The notes under the pieces were generated by a model that saw only the letters and a list, made by a program, of their open reading frames with translations, searched no databases and was not told the origin of the DNA. Shown here piece by piece: positions 47,448-57,259 of a DNA stretch of 64,000 nucleotides (position 1 is the first letter of the stretch; every line of letters begins with the position of its first letter). The position numbers and the translations under genes are program-made. This stretch comes from Gammaproteobacteria bacterium (GTDB taxonomy: Bacteria > Pseudomonadota > Gammaproteobacteria > JAUIAT01), in NCBI GenBank assembly GCA_030425295.1, contig JAUIAT010000001.1, positions 69,392 through 133,391 on the forward strand, given 5' to 3'.

Positions 47448-48167
47448 TTGGCTATGAAAAGGCTTTGTATTTTTAATTATTTATTATTTTTTATATTTTC
47501 TTCGTCAGTATGTTTGCCTGCTTTTGCAATTGAGAGCTTACCTCTAATTACTAAGGAAATTCAGCAAAAGATGACGCCAGACGAGGCCTTGGATCGTCTT
47601 ATTGCGGGGAACAAACGTTTTGTGGGCAGAAAAATGCAGGGAATAGATTTCCTTAATAAAGCAAAATTAACTGCAAAGGGGCAGTACCCAGCGGCGATTA
47701 TTTTAAGCTGTATTGATTCAAGGGTTCCGCCTGAAATTGTTTTCGACCAAAATGTAGGGAATATGTTTGCTACGAGGGTGGCAGCAAATGTTATAAACAA
47801 GGATGTGCTTGGCGGTTTAGAGTTTGCAACTGCTGTAGCTGGTGCAAAAGTTATTGTGGTGATGGGGCATGACTCTTGTGGTGCTGTTAGAGGGGCTTGT
47901 GAAAATGTGCGCTTGGGGCATCTCACTCAATTGGTTAATAAAATCCAGCCTGCCATCAAATTAGCGAAAAAAGAAACAGGCAAGCAAAATTGTAATGATC
48001 CTCATTTTGTTGATCTTGCAGCCGAAAAAAATGTGCGTATGGTTGTTAAGGAAATACCAGAAAAAAGCGCTATAGTGCGTAAGCTAATAGCCAATGGTAA
48101 GCTTAAAATTGTTGGTGCGATGTATCATTTAAACACGGGTGAGGTGACATTTTTGCATCATCATTAA
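47448..48167 (+). CDS. Beta-class carbonic anhydrase with a signal peptide
   Basis: The zinc-ligand motifs SCIDSRV and HDSCGAV are present, with an N-terminal secretion signal. The product is 239 aa. Confidence 0.85.
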   Translation: MAMKRLCIFNYLLFFIFSSSVCLPAFAIESLPLITKEIQQKMTPDEALDRLIAGNKRFVGRKMQGIDFLNKAKLTAKGQYPAAIILSCIDSRVPPEIVFDQNVGNMFATRVAANVINKDVLGGLEFATAVAGAKVIVVMGHDSCGAVRGACENVRLGHLTQLVNKIQPAIKLAKKETGKQNCNDPHFVDLAAEKNVRMVVKEIPEKSAIVRKLIANGKLKIVGAMYHLNTGEVTFLHHH

Positions 48168-48417
48168 TTCTTAATAACCTACCTCTGTAAGGTGGGTTAT
48201 TAAATAATGGTTGTAGTATTTTTTGTGGATAAATTATTTCTATAATCGTTACTAACTCAGGTGAGGTGCGAATTTCTGTTAAGGGTTAGTTCTTAGGGTA
48301 TTGGCATGGGTTAGATAAAGATCAAAGTATATCTATAGACTTTCTTAATTGCATTATCATTTTAGTTTATATAAATTGATAATTTATTATCTCTTTAATT
48401 AGTAGACGTTCGTCCAA

Positions 48418-49749
48418 ATGTATATGAATGGAGTCAGTATGAGGAGGGTCAAATTATTCCTTGTGGTTTTATTTTCAATTTGTATTTCTCAAGGTTTTGC
48501 GGCAACTAATAAACCTCAAGAGTTAAAGAAAGTTAAAAGTAATTCAGCTAAATTAAAACAGAATGTAATCCAAAAAGTTGATGAGATAAATACTTCCAGG
48601 TGTATTGATGTTCATGACTGTCGTCAAGACAAACATTTTTCATATAATGCTTTGCCTGGTTCTATTCTAGTGAAAGATATCAACACAAGGTTCAAATTAG
48701 GTGGATTTGCAGAGCTTGATGCCATTCATGATAATGATGCAATAAATAGTAAAGCCCAATTTATAACTTCAGAAATTGTTACAAGAAATGCTACTAAAGC
48801 TCAGGGGGCTGATGGCCAGACTAGCTTTAGCGTTAATCCAAGCCTTTTTTATATTGAAACTCTAACTCCACTTGATTTAAGGAGTGTAAAAACTTTTGTG
48901 TCAGTCGATTTTTTTGGGGATCCTTTAAGTTCATCTCCAGACCCAAGACTTCGCCAAGCCTATGGTAAATTAACCAATGCTTTGTTTGGTGGAGATTTAA
49001 TGATTGGCCAGGCTTGGTCTGCTTTTACTGATTTAGAGGCGTCACCAAATACTCTTGATTTTCAAGGCCCGAATAGTTTTATGAGTATTCATGAGCCAAT
49101 GATTAGATTTACTAAGCAGGTTGATAAACGGCTAAAAATTAAGGTGGAGGCAGAGTCTCCAAACCATCATGAAATTACAAATGCTGATTTGTTAACTAGG
49201 CTGCCAGATGGTGTTTTGACGCTTGTTTTAAAGGGCTCTCGTATGGTAGCAATGACTTCCTTGATTGCTCGAGATATTAAGGCTAGTAGAAATAATGCTC
49301 CTGCTAAGTCTTCATTAGGTTGGGGGTTAGTGTTGTCCGGTAAGCTTGGAGTACCTTTTGGGGGTGAGAAGGACTCTAGTTCATTTGAGGTAACATATGG
49401 CGAGGGCATAGGTACTGATTTTAATGATGCTCCCCCAGATGCTGTTATTGGTGTCATTAATGGCAAGCTAAAAACTATTCCAATGTTTGGTGTGATGCTT
49501 AGCTATGAGCATTGGTGGGATTCAAATTTTAGCTCAACAGCATCATATGGTTATTTATCTGCTGATAATGTTGAGGAGCAAGCAGGTAGTGCGTTTAAAC
49601 GTACGCAGTATGCAAGCGCCAATTTTGTTTGGCACCCTAATCATCATTTAATTATGGGTATTGAAGGCTTGTGGGGTGGGCGTAAAGATAAAGACGGTAA
49701 GTGTGGTTCTGATTTTCGTTCGCAATTTACATCAAAATTTACATTTTAA
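48418..49749 (+). CDS. Putative outer-membrane beta-barrel protein/porin
   Basis: It has a signal peptide, amphipathic beta-strand periodicity and a C-terminal ...FTSKFTF ending in Phe. The product is 443 aa. Confidence 0.5.
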   Translation: MYMNGVSMRRVKLFLVVLFSICISQGFAATNKPQELKKVKSNSAKLKQNVIQKVDEINTSRCIDVHDCRQDKHFSYNALPGSILVKDINTRFKLGGFAELDAIHDNDAINSKAQFITSEIVTRNATKAQGADGQTSFSVNPSLFYIETLTPLDLRSVKTFVSVDFFGDPLSSSPDPRLRQAYGKLTNALFGGDLMIGQAWSAFTDLEASPNTLDFQGPNSFMSIHEPMIRFTKQVDKRLKIKVEAESPNHHEITNADLLTRLPDGVLTLVLKGSRMVAMTSLIARDIKASRNNAPAKSSLGWGLVLSGKLGVPFGGEKDSSSFEVTYGEGIGTDFNDAPPDAVIGVINGKLKTIPMFGVMLSYEHWWDSNFSSTASYGYLSADNVEEQAGSAFKRTQYASANFVWHPNHHLIMGIEGLWGGRKDKDGKCGSDFRSQFTSKFTF

Positions 49750-49901
49750 TCCTTGTTGCCTTGGGCGTGTTGGCAGAATCTGGGTGAGGCTTAGCTTGTT
49801 ATATTCGTTTTTTTTGTTGTTTAGTTGTCTAAATGCTTGACAATAAAATGTTATAATGTAACATTTCCGCTTAGTGTTAATTTTAAGCAGAGATTTTTAT
49901 T

Positions 49902-50858
49902 ATGGGCGGTCATGCTGGGTGTAATCATCACCACAAAGAAAAGAACCAACGTACAGATCTTATAACTTTCAAAGGCTCAACAATTGGGTTCTTTACGGGC
50001 TATATTAGTGATACTTATTGGATGGCAACTCTGTTTGATATATTCATTCAGTTAGTAGCATCAATTGAAAAAGATGAAGAATCTTCGATGCCTTTTGCTT
50101 GGTATTCTCTAATGTTTGGGCTTTTTATTGCTACTATTACTGCTGCTGGTTCAACTTATTCTCATTGGGTATTAGATAGAAATCACCAGGATGCCGAAGA
50201 CTCCCATGATACTTGCCATCACGACCATCACGACCATCATGATGAAACTCAGCAATGTGTAGTTGTTGTGGATGAAGCTACGCCTATAAACCATTCTGAT
50301 AATATTTACACTCAGAATCAAGAAGATAAGGGGGCAATCAGGCTAAGAAAATTAAATTGTGTGCCAAAGTTTTTCGAATTTTATGAAAAGCAAGTTAAAA
50401 ATATTTCTAAGTGTTTCAGAATTAACTGCGGGCCCAAATTTTTACAGAGGAGAATTGAGTTTTTAGTAAAAGACGTGGGTAATCAGCTAATAATGCCAAT
50501 ATGGTTGCCTTACTGGGCCGTTATGGGGCGTGATGTTACTGCTCTTCAGAAATTCTTGTTGCTAGGTGATTATGTGTCTCACACTGGTGAGCTTGCAGGT
50601 CCATTAACAATGTTGGCCGACCTTTTCTTTGGTAGTAAAATGTCTTTAGGTGCTAAGTTGGGGGTTCATGTTGCGGCAACACTGATTGGTGCAGAAGGTT
50701 CTCAGTCGAATGTAAGGACTTGCTATAGAAACATGGTGAAGAGTAATAAAGCAGTTGCTGAAAGAAAGTTTAATGATTCGATGCATAATGATCGAGATGA
50801 GCATAGTGATTCTAGCAATTTGAAAACGCTAGGGCGTATATTTTGTTGTAAGATTTAA
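49902..50858 (+). CDS. Hypothetical His-rich membrane protein
   Basis: His clusters include MGGHAGCNHHH and CHHDHHDHHDE, and there are 2-3 TM helices. The C-terminus is ...IFCCKI. Confidence 0.4.
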   Translation: MGGHAGCNHHHKEKNQRTDLITFKGSTIGFFTGYISDTYWMATLFDIFIQLVASIEKDEESSMPFAWYSLMFGLFIATITAAGSTYSHWVLDRNHQDAEDSHDTCHHDHHDHHDETQQCVVVVDEATPINHSDNIYTQNQEDKGAIRLRKLNCVPKFFEFYEKQVKNISKCFRINCGPKFLQRRIEFLVKDVGNQLIMPIWLPYWAVMGRDVTALQKFLLLGDYVSHTGELAGPLTMLADLFFGSKMSLGAKLGVHVAATLIGAEGSQSNVRTCYRNMVKSNKAVAERKFNDSMHNDRDEHSDSSNLKTLGRIFCCKI

Positions 50859-50864
50859 AGTTGA

Positions 50865-50893
50865 GAAGGGCGCTATATGCGCCTTTTTTATGT
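50865..50893 (+). terminator. Rho-independent terminator
   Basis: The hairpin aagggcgctatatgcgcctt is followed by T6. Confidence 0.75.
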
Positions 50894-50948
50894 TCAAGTA
50901 TTTGTGATATCCTTTATTTAGAATTAACTCAAATCAAGATAACCCCTG

Positions 50949-52256
50949 ATGACTATAAATAGAAGGCCGATTATTGAGATCAATAATGTAAATAAATCGT
51001 TTCAAAGAAAGCATCAAAAAGATTTATTAGTCCTTGAAGATATAAATATATCTCTTTATGAAAGGGAGATTGTAGCTCTTATTGGCAAGTCTGGTTGTGG
51101 GAAGTCTACGTTGCTTAGAACTATGGCAGGACTCTCTTCTCCAACAAGTGGGAATATACTTTATAATGGAGAGTCTGTTTTTGGACCAGTTGATGGTTTG
51201 TCTATGGTCTTTCAAGAGTTTGCACTTTTGCCATGGCTTACAGTTTTGCAAAACGTTGAGTTAGGCCTTGAGGCTAAAAAAATTCCTCGTGCTGAAAGGC
51301 GTAAAAGAGCTCTTAAGGCAATTGATGTTATTGGTTTAGACGGCTTTGAGTCAGCTTACCCTAAGGAGCTATCTGGAGGCATGCAGCAGCGTGTTGGTTT
51401 TGCAAGAGCTTTGGTTGTTGAGCCTGAGATTTTGCTAATGGATGAGCCTTTTTCTGCACTGGATATGTTAACTGCAGATAACCTTAGAAATGATCTTTTA
51501 GATCTCTGGAATGATCAAAAAACTAATATTAAGAGTATTTTTTTTGTTACTCATAATATTGAAGAAGCAGTGTTATTTGCTGATAGGATTATTGTTTTGA
51601 GCATTAATCCAGCCCAAGTAAGGGCAGAGCTTTCTGTTAACGTGCCACACCCTAGAAACGATCAGGATTCAAAATTAAGAAAATTAATTGATGATATTTA
51701 TACGTTAATGACAATGATGCCTGTTGGCGGTAAAACTGTAGCCGGAGGTAAGTATCGTGGTATTAATATTGGTTACAAGCTCCCAAATGTTAATGTTTCA
51801 GAAATGACAGGTTTCTTGGAAACTCTATTGGAAGCAGAAAAAGATAAGGTGGATTTACCAGATCTTGCCGAGGAGCTTCATTTAGATGTAGATTCACTTT
51901 TTCCAATTACTGAAGCTTTAGAAATTCTGCGCTTTGTTGATGTGGAAAAAGGCGATATTCAGCTCACCAAAAGTGGTAAAGTGTTTATTAATGCTGATAT
52001 TCAGGAGCGTAAAAAACTCTTTTCTACTCACTTAATGAGTTATGTTCCCTTGGTTCGGCATGTCCGTCGTGTGCTGGATGAGAGGCCAGGAAATCGTGCT
52101 GCTGAAGATCGTTTTCTTATAGAGATTGAAGATTACCTAACAGAAAGTGCTGCAGAAAAGGTTTTGTCTGTTGCAATTGATTGGGGTCGATATGCTGAGC
52201 TTTTTGCATATGATTACAATACGGGAATGTTGAGTTTAGAAAATCCTGAGGGGTAA
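50949..52256 (+). CDS. Orphan ABC transporter ATPase (NitT/TauT family) with a C-terminal AAA-associated domain of about 190 aa
   Basis: Walker A is GKSGCGKST, the ABC signature is LSGGMQQR and Walker B is LLMDEP. No cognate permease or SBP gene is adjacent. Confidence 0.75.
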   Translation: MTINRRPIIEINNVNKSFQRKHQKDLLVLEDINISLYEREIVALIGKSGCGKSTLLRTMAGLSSPTSGNILYNGESVFGPVDGLSMVFQEFALLPWLTVLQNVELGLEAKKIPRAERRKRALKAIDVIGLDGFESAYPKELSGGMQQRVGFARALVVEPEILLMDEPFSALDMLTADNLRNDLLDLWNDQKTNIKSIFFVTHNIEEAVLFADRIIVLSINPAQVRAELSVNVPHPRNDQDSKLRKLIDDIYTLMTMMPVGGKTVAGGKYRGINIGYKLPNVNVSEMTGFLETLLEAEKDKVDLPDLAEELHLDVDSLFPITEALEILRFVDVEKGDIQLTKSGKVFINADIQERKKLFSTHLMSYVPLVRHVRRVLDERPGNRAAEDRFLIEIEDYLTESAAEKVLSVAIDWGRYAELFAYDYNTGMLSLENPEG

Positions 52257-52260
52257 TTTT

Positions 52261-52656
52261 TTGGAGAAATATATCATGGATGTTAAATCTAGTAATGCTG
52301 GTTTTACGCTTATTGAGCTTGGTATTGTTATCATTATTTTGGCCATTATAACAACGGTTGCTGTTCCAAGATTTGTTGATTTGCTTTCTCGTTCTGAGAC
52401 TGCGAGTTTACAATCTGTTGTTGGAACGCTAAATGCATCATCGGCAAGTAATTTTGGGCTAAGAAAAGCAAACCCTTCAGCTGGTGTTGGAGTTGATAAT
52501 TGCACTGATGTTGAGTCAGCTATTCCAGGTGGAGCTCTTCCTGAAGGGTTTTCAATAATATCTCAGGCTGTTGTAGATGGGGAAGAGGTTACGTGTTCAG
52601 TGATCAATACTGATACTGATGAGCAGGGCGCTTTTGTTGGGTTTGGTGTAAGTTAA
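52261..52656 (+). CDS. Type IVa major pilin (MshA/MshB-like), paralog 1
   Basis: The prepilin N-terminus is SSNAGFTLIELGIVIIILAIITTVAVPRFVDL. The product is 131 aa. Confidence 0.8.
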   Translation: MEKYIMDVKSSNAGFTLIELGIVIIILAIITTVAVPRFVDLLSRSETASLQSVVGTLNASSASNFGLRKANPSAGVGVDNCTDVESAIPGGALPEGFSIISQAVVDGEEVTCSVINTDTDEQGAFVGFGVS

Positions 52657-52700
52657 AAAAAGCCCTTCAATGAAGGGCTATATTTCGGTGACTCTTTGGT

Positions 52701-53201
52701 TTAAGTTTCTGTGAAACCTAGGACACACTTGACTCTATCGCCAGTTGATGTTGTTGCAGAAGAGCAGTTAGTGTTTGTGTAAGTTTGTATAATGTAATCT
52801 GTTGTACCGATAGAAACTGATACGCCAGTAGAAACGGCTCCAGCTGCGCTACCAGATGTTGTCACCTGGGTTCTATCAGCTAGATCTTGAACTGTTGGAA
52901 ATCTATTTACTGCCGGTCTAGCATCAAAATTATCAGCTATGTAAAGTGCAAAAGTGCTTTGAACTGAGTTAGTAGATGTTCTTATCGCGTCATCTTGAGC
53001 TCTAACTTGTAGATCGACAAATCTAGGAACTGCGATTGCTGTAATTACTGAAAGAACGATAATTACAATTGCGAGCTCGATTAGTGTGAAGCCTCGTTGG
53101 CTTAAGTCTTTGTTTTGAAATCCATTTCCTAACACTGTCGACTCCTTAGTGTTTTTTTTTACGTATATTTTAGTTATATTACTAAAAACACTTTTTTGCA
53201 A
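52701..53201 (-). CDS. Type IVa pilin (MshA/MshB-like), paralog 2, in inverted orientation
   Basis: The prepilin N-terminus is SQRGFTLIELAIVIIVLSVITAIAVPRFVDL, with a C-terminal Cys pair. It is convergent with paralog 1 and shares the bidirectional hairpin agcccttcaatgaagggct. Confidence 0.8.
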   Translation of the reverse strand: MQKSVFSNITKIYVKKNTKESTVLGNGFQNKDLSQRGFTLIELAIVIIVLSVITAIAVPRFVDLQVRAQDDAIRTSTNSVQSTFALYIADNFDARPAVNRFPTVQDLADRTQVTTSGSAAGAVSTGVSVSIGTTDYIIQTYTNTNCSSATTSTGDRVKCVLGFTET

Positions 53202-53212
53202 CGGCTAATTTA

Positions 53213-53375
53213 TAGGGTCTGTTGACAATTGGGGTTGCAAGGCGAAAATATCTAGAATGCATTGAAAATTTATTCTTTAATTTGGCGAATAGTCTCTCTA
53301 TTCAACGTGTGAAAGGGGAAATTTTCACAAATTATATAAATTTGCAGCTGTAAGACCAATTGTCAACAGACCCTA
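53213..53375. mobile_element. MITE (163 bp) with perfect 20-bp terminal inverted repeats, full copy B
   Basis: The ends are tagggtctgttgacaattgg ... ccaattgtcaacagacccta. It occupies the divergent promoter region between pilin paralogs 2 and 3. Confidence 0.85.
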
Positions 53376-53440
53376 AGTGTTAAGGTTTTGGGCTTGATAT
53401 ATATTGACAAATATACGAATATATGGCTATCTGTTAGTAA

Positions 53441-53860
53441 GTGATCTTAAGGATGAGAAAAATGCGCAAACAAAACTTTGGTTTTACTCTAATAGAATTA
53501 GCTATCGCAGTATTAATTATTGCTGTTCTTGCAGCAATCGCTGTTCCTAGGTTTGCGAATTTAGCAAGCAAAGCGTCAAGGTCAGCTGTTTTGACTGCTA
53601 TTGGTACGGCACAAACTTCAATTGCCGTGTATAGAGCTGAGAATCGCGGTTTCCCTACAACTGACGAGCTTGCTGCCCAGATGCAGCTAAGGCTTGCATC
53701 TGCCGAAGGTGTTAGTATAGGTGTATCAATCGAGATTGATTCTACAAATTATATTATAAACACTTACACTGATAGCGCTTGTACAGCAGCTACATCTGAC
53801 TCTACGGATAAAGTTAAGTGTGCGCAAGGTACAACACCTGAGCCACCATCTGAAGACTAA
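53441..53860 (+). CDS. Type IVa pilin (MshA-like), paralog 3
   Basis: The prepilin N-terminus is KQNFGFTLIELAIAVLIIAVLAAIAVPRFANL and there is a C-terminal disulfide pair (C...C). Confidence 0.8.
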   Translation: MILRMRKMRKQNFGFTLIELAIAVLIIAVLAAIAVPRFANLASKASRSAVLTAIGTAQTSIAVYRAENRGFPTTDELAAQMQLRLASAEGVSIGVSIEIDSTNYIINTYTDSACTAATSDSTDKVKCAQGTTPEPPSED

Positions 53861-53941
53861 TAAATATTTGACATAAATGGATTTTTTATACTAGTATGAA
53901 AATATGGGTCAAATTTATATGTAGGTTTTACAGTATAAAGA

Positions 53942-54415
53942 ATGAAAACAACAGGGAGATTAAGTATGTTTTCAAAAGTAAAAGGATTTAAGCAAGCCGG
54001 CTTTACTCTTATTGAGCTTGCAATTGCCGTGCTTATTATTGCGATTTTGGCTGCTATAGCAGTTCCTAAATTTGTTTTACTTTCTGATCAAGCCAAGCTT
54101 TCTGCTGTTAAAGACGCAATTGGTACAGCGCAAACTTCACTAGCAGTTTATCGTGCTGAAAACGATGATTTCCCGACGCTTGCTCAATTGGCAAACCAAA
54201 TTGAGCTAAGAACAACAGCTACTCAGGCTTATTACTCAGGTGTAGATGCAGATCAACCAAGTGGTATTTCAATTACAATTGATAAAACTAACTATATTAT
54301 TAGAACATTTACCGACTCTAATTGTTCTCAAACATTCTCTACAGGGGATGCTGCAAGTGCTACAGGCACAATCCGATGTGTTCGAGGTACTTACCCAGCA
54401 ATTAGTGAATTCTAA
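53942..54415 (+). CDS. Type IVa pilin (MshA-like), paralog 4
   Basis: The prepilin N-terminus is KQAGFTLIELAIAVLIIAILAAIAVPKFVLL. It is followed by the terminator aaagcccgggcaaaccgggctttttt at 54440-54466. Confidence 0.8.
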   Translation: MKTTGRLSMFSKVKGFKQAGFTLIELAIAVLIIAILAAIAVPKFVLLSDQAKLSAVKDAIGTAQTSLAVYRAENDDFPTLAQLANQIELRTTATQAYYSGVDADQPSGISITIDKTNYIIRTFTDSNCSQTFSTGDAASATGTIRCVRGTYPAISEF

Positions 54416-54710
54416 ACGCTAAGATTATCATAGTTAAAAGCCCGGGCAAACCGGGCTTTTTTGTTTTAGTTATATATTTATTGTTACTCTATCTAATGTG
54501 CTAGCCTGTGTAAGGTGAGTAATTCACTAGACCTAGTGATTTAAATGTGAGATTTAGGGGCGCTATTTATATTTATTTAAAATTGATGTGTGCTTGACAA
54601 AAAGGTTAATTGCTCATAAAATATACAAATATTGTAATTTGCAGCTCTCATTATTAGTTTTAAATAAAACTCATTATTGATAAATAAACATGCATAAATA
54701 GTTAACTATA

Positions 54711-55925
54711 GTGAATAAAAGATTAAAAAAAGCAAACTTAAGTTTGGAAACAAAGCGCGAAGATAGAGGATTTAGTTTATTAGCTAAATTTTTTGTTGTA
54801 GTTCTTAGCTCACTTTCAATATTTTATTTATATATTCTTACAAGACAAAAAAAATCAACTCATGGCATTAATGAATTTATAAGTTTAGATGAAGACCCTT
54901 TGCCTGCTGAGTGTCAAAATTTATATGCAGATGCTTTTGATAAAAAAATAGGTGTTTTGGGGGAGAAAAACTCTGCGATATTATCTGCTGCAAAAAAAGA
55001 AACTTATGCTGTATTATGCGAAGTATACAAAGGTAAGCTTCCACCTTGTAGTGATAATTTAAATATATTATTTGATACAGAATCGGTTGGAAATATACAT
55101 CAAGCAGGGGCAGAAGTGCATACATCATATGATAATGACAATACTCTTGATGCTACCTTAAAGTTGAATTCATATATTATGGCAACAGAAGGTGTAATTG
55201 ATACACTAACCACTGTTAGGCATGAATTAGAACACTTTGGTAATGCATGTGCTCAGCAAAAGAATAAACTGAAAATTAAAGAATTTGAACTAGATAGAAT
55301 AAATAAATTTAAGAATTTAATTAGGTTAAATGCTCCTTACAAGACTGATGACCAGGCAAAAGAGTTCAAAGAATCCTTGGCAAAAGATTTAACAGCTTTG
55401 CAACCTGCTCTAGATGCATATAGTAAAGGACTTAAAAACTTAACCCCAAAGCTAATTACTCAAGCAAAAAGCTTAGCAAATAATAGATTTACCACATTTA
55501 CCTTTGATGATAATACTCGTATAGATGCTATATTTTTATTTGCTCAAGCTTTGCAAAGTAAAAAATTTGAAAAGTGTAAAGTTGTTGACTCTACTCCTTC
55601 TAAAACTGTGGTTCAGTTAAAGGACGTTGACGGATTTGTCAATCACTTAAATACAATACTAAGTGATAGTTTTAAAGATAAAATGGTTATGACAAAGCGT
55701 AATCGACTAACAAGAAAGTCAATTGATGAAATCAAAGAGCTTGGCCTAGAGCAAGAGCTGGTAGATGTGGCATATCATGCAGAGTTAGTTCCAAGGCTTA
55801 TTGAGCTCAATGAGGAAGTATTAAGATTACTTTTTCCTAATGTGCTCAAGTATAGAGAAAAATACTATAACTACTTTGGTATCGAGCCGCCAACTTTGGA
55901 TTATAAACGAGAGTTGGTCTGCTAA
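54711..55925 (+). CDS. Hypothetical membrane-anchored protein with an HExxH zinc-metalloprotease motif, encoded in an AT-rich insert
   Basis: It has the N-terminal signal anchor GFSLLAKFFVVVLSSLSIFYLYIL, the motif TVRHELEHFGNA (HELEH) and coiled-coil-rich regions. Local GC is markedly lower than that of the flanking pilus genes. Confidence 0.45.
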   Translation: MNKRLKKANLSLETKREDRGFSLLAKFFVVVLSSLSIFYLYILTRQKKSTHGINEFISLDEDPLPAECQNLYADAFDKKIGVLGEKNSAILSAAKKETYAVLCEVYKGKLPPCSDNLNILFDTESVGNIHQAGAEVHTSYDNDNTLDATLKLNSYIMATEGVIDTLTTVRHELEHFGNACAQQKNKLKIKEFELDRINKFKNLIRLNAPYKTDDQAKEFKESLAKDLTALQPALDAYSKGLKNLTPKLITQAKSLANNRFTTFTFDDNTRIDAIFLFAQALQSKKFEKCKVVDSTPSKTVVQLKDVDGFVNHLNTILSDSFKDKMVMTKRNRLTRKSIDEIKELGLEQELVDVAYHAELVPRLIELNEEVLRLLFPNVLKYREKYYNYFGIEPPTLDYKRELVC

Positions 55926-56025
55926 TAAATAATTAGTTTATTAGGTGTCATCGTGATACCTAGCTTCGGACGAAAAGGAGCGGCAAAGGAGGTGACTTGT
56001 TTATCTTGTCGAGCGAGAGTTATAT

Positions 56026-57258
56026 TTAGGCTTGTATAGCACTCCACATTGGGAGGAACACTCCCAAAGCTACAACTAGCAGCATAGCGCCTAAAACTAC
56101 TAAGGTAATAGGTGTTAGAATATCTTCTAGTCTTTGGATATCAAAGTCTACCTCTCTTTCGTAATGCTCAGCTCCATAAGCAAGCATTTCTTCAAGCATA
56201 CCAGTTTGTTCGCCAACTTGGATCATCTGCATAATAAATGGTGGAAATAATTTGCTATCAGCAGCTGAATTAGTAAAGGTTTTTCCTTCACTAACCTCAG
56301 TAGCAATTTTATTCATGTGGTATGAGATATAGCTATTATCAAGGGCGCTAGCAACCATATTCAGTGTGTCCACTAATGATAATCCAGATCTAAATACAAT
56401 TGTAAAAAGTCTTGATAGCCTAGCCATATAGGCTCTATATACTATTGATCCAATTGGAGGAATGCTCATCAATAGGTAGTCCCAAACATATCTTCCTTTT
56501 TTTGTGCTTATGTACAGCTTTATAGATAGATACATGCAGAAAAGTATACCAGTTATGAGCTTCCATTCTTTTACTATAAAGTCTGATGCACCAAGAATTA
56601 TTCTTGTTGGTAATGGCATGGTTACACCTAGCGATCTATAAAGCATTTGAAACCTTGGGATTACAAATACTGCTAGTACAACTATTGCTATAATAAGCGT
56701 TAACATAACAATAACAGGGTATCTCATTGCGGATTTAAATCTATCAGATGACTGTTGCTCAAAGTCTAAATATTTGCTCAATTCCTTGAAGGTTTCTTCT
56801 AGTTCACCACTCATTTCCCCGGCTTCAACAGTTTTAGTGAATAACCCAGAGAAAATATTAGGATATTGAGAAAGGCACTTGGCAAGAGGCATACCAGCAC
56901 TGACTTTGTCACCAATTTCATTGAGTACTTTCCTCAATTGAGAATTGGTAACCATTTCAGCAGATTTTAGTATTGCTAAGTTAACGGGTATGCCTGCATG
57001 AGTGAGCCCATGCATTTGTTTGCAAAAGATAATAATATCTTTTCGGCTTACATTGCTTAAAGAGAAAAAGCCGCCAGCTGAGCTAGAGGTTTTAAGTTTA
57101 TTCTTATTGGATTTATCTACTGTTTCTTTAAGTGATAAGGGGGTAATGCCTCTATCAAGGAGTATTTTAACGGCGTCTTTTTCAGACTCTGCTGTAATTT
57201 TGTCATTGACTGGTGTGCCAGTTTGACGATTTCTTCCTTTATATTCAAATATAGGCAT
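56026..57258 (-). CDS. mshG: MSHA-type pilus inner-membrane platform protein (GspF/PilC family)
   Basis: The GspF-family architecture is present (two repeated cytoplasmic domains and 3 TM helices). The product is 410 aa and the gene lies downstream of mshE. Confidence 0.8.
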   Translation of the reverse strand: MPIFEYKGRNRQTGTPVNDKITAESEKDAVKILLDRGITPLSLKETVDKSNKNKLKTSSSAGGFFSLSNVSRKDIIIFCKQMHGLTHAGIPVNLAILKSAEMVTNSQLRKVLNEIGDKVSAGMPLAKCLSQYPNIFSGLFTKTVEAGEMSGELEETFKELSKYLDFEQQSSDRFKSAMRYPVIVMLTLIIAIVVLAVFVIPRFQMLYRSLGVTMPLPTRIILGASDFIVKEWKLITGILFCMYLSIKLYISTKKGRYVWDYLLMSIPPIGSIVYRAYMARLSRLFTIVFRSGLSLVDTLNMVASALDNSYISYHMNKIATEVSEGKTFTNSAADSKLFPPFIMQMIQVGEQTGMLEEMLAYGAEHYEREVDFDIQRLEDILTPITLVVLGAMLLVVALGVFLPMWSAIQA

Positions 57259-57259
57259 A

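Noticed and set aside
53219..53224. TTGACA hexamers in the MITE terminal repeats as outward-facing promoters for the flanking pilin genes.
   Set aside because: Both hexamers point into the element rather than outward. No matching -10 boxes were found at the correct spacing toward the flanking genes.
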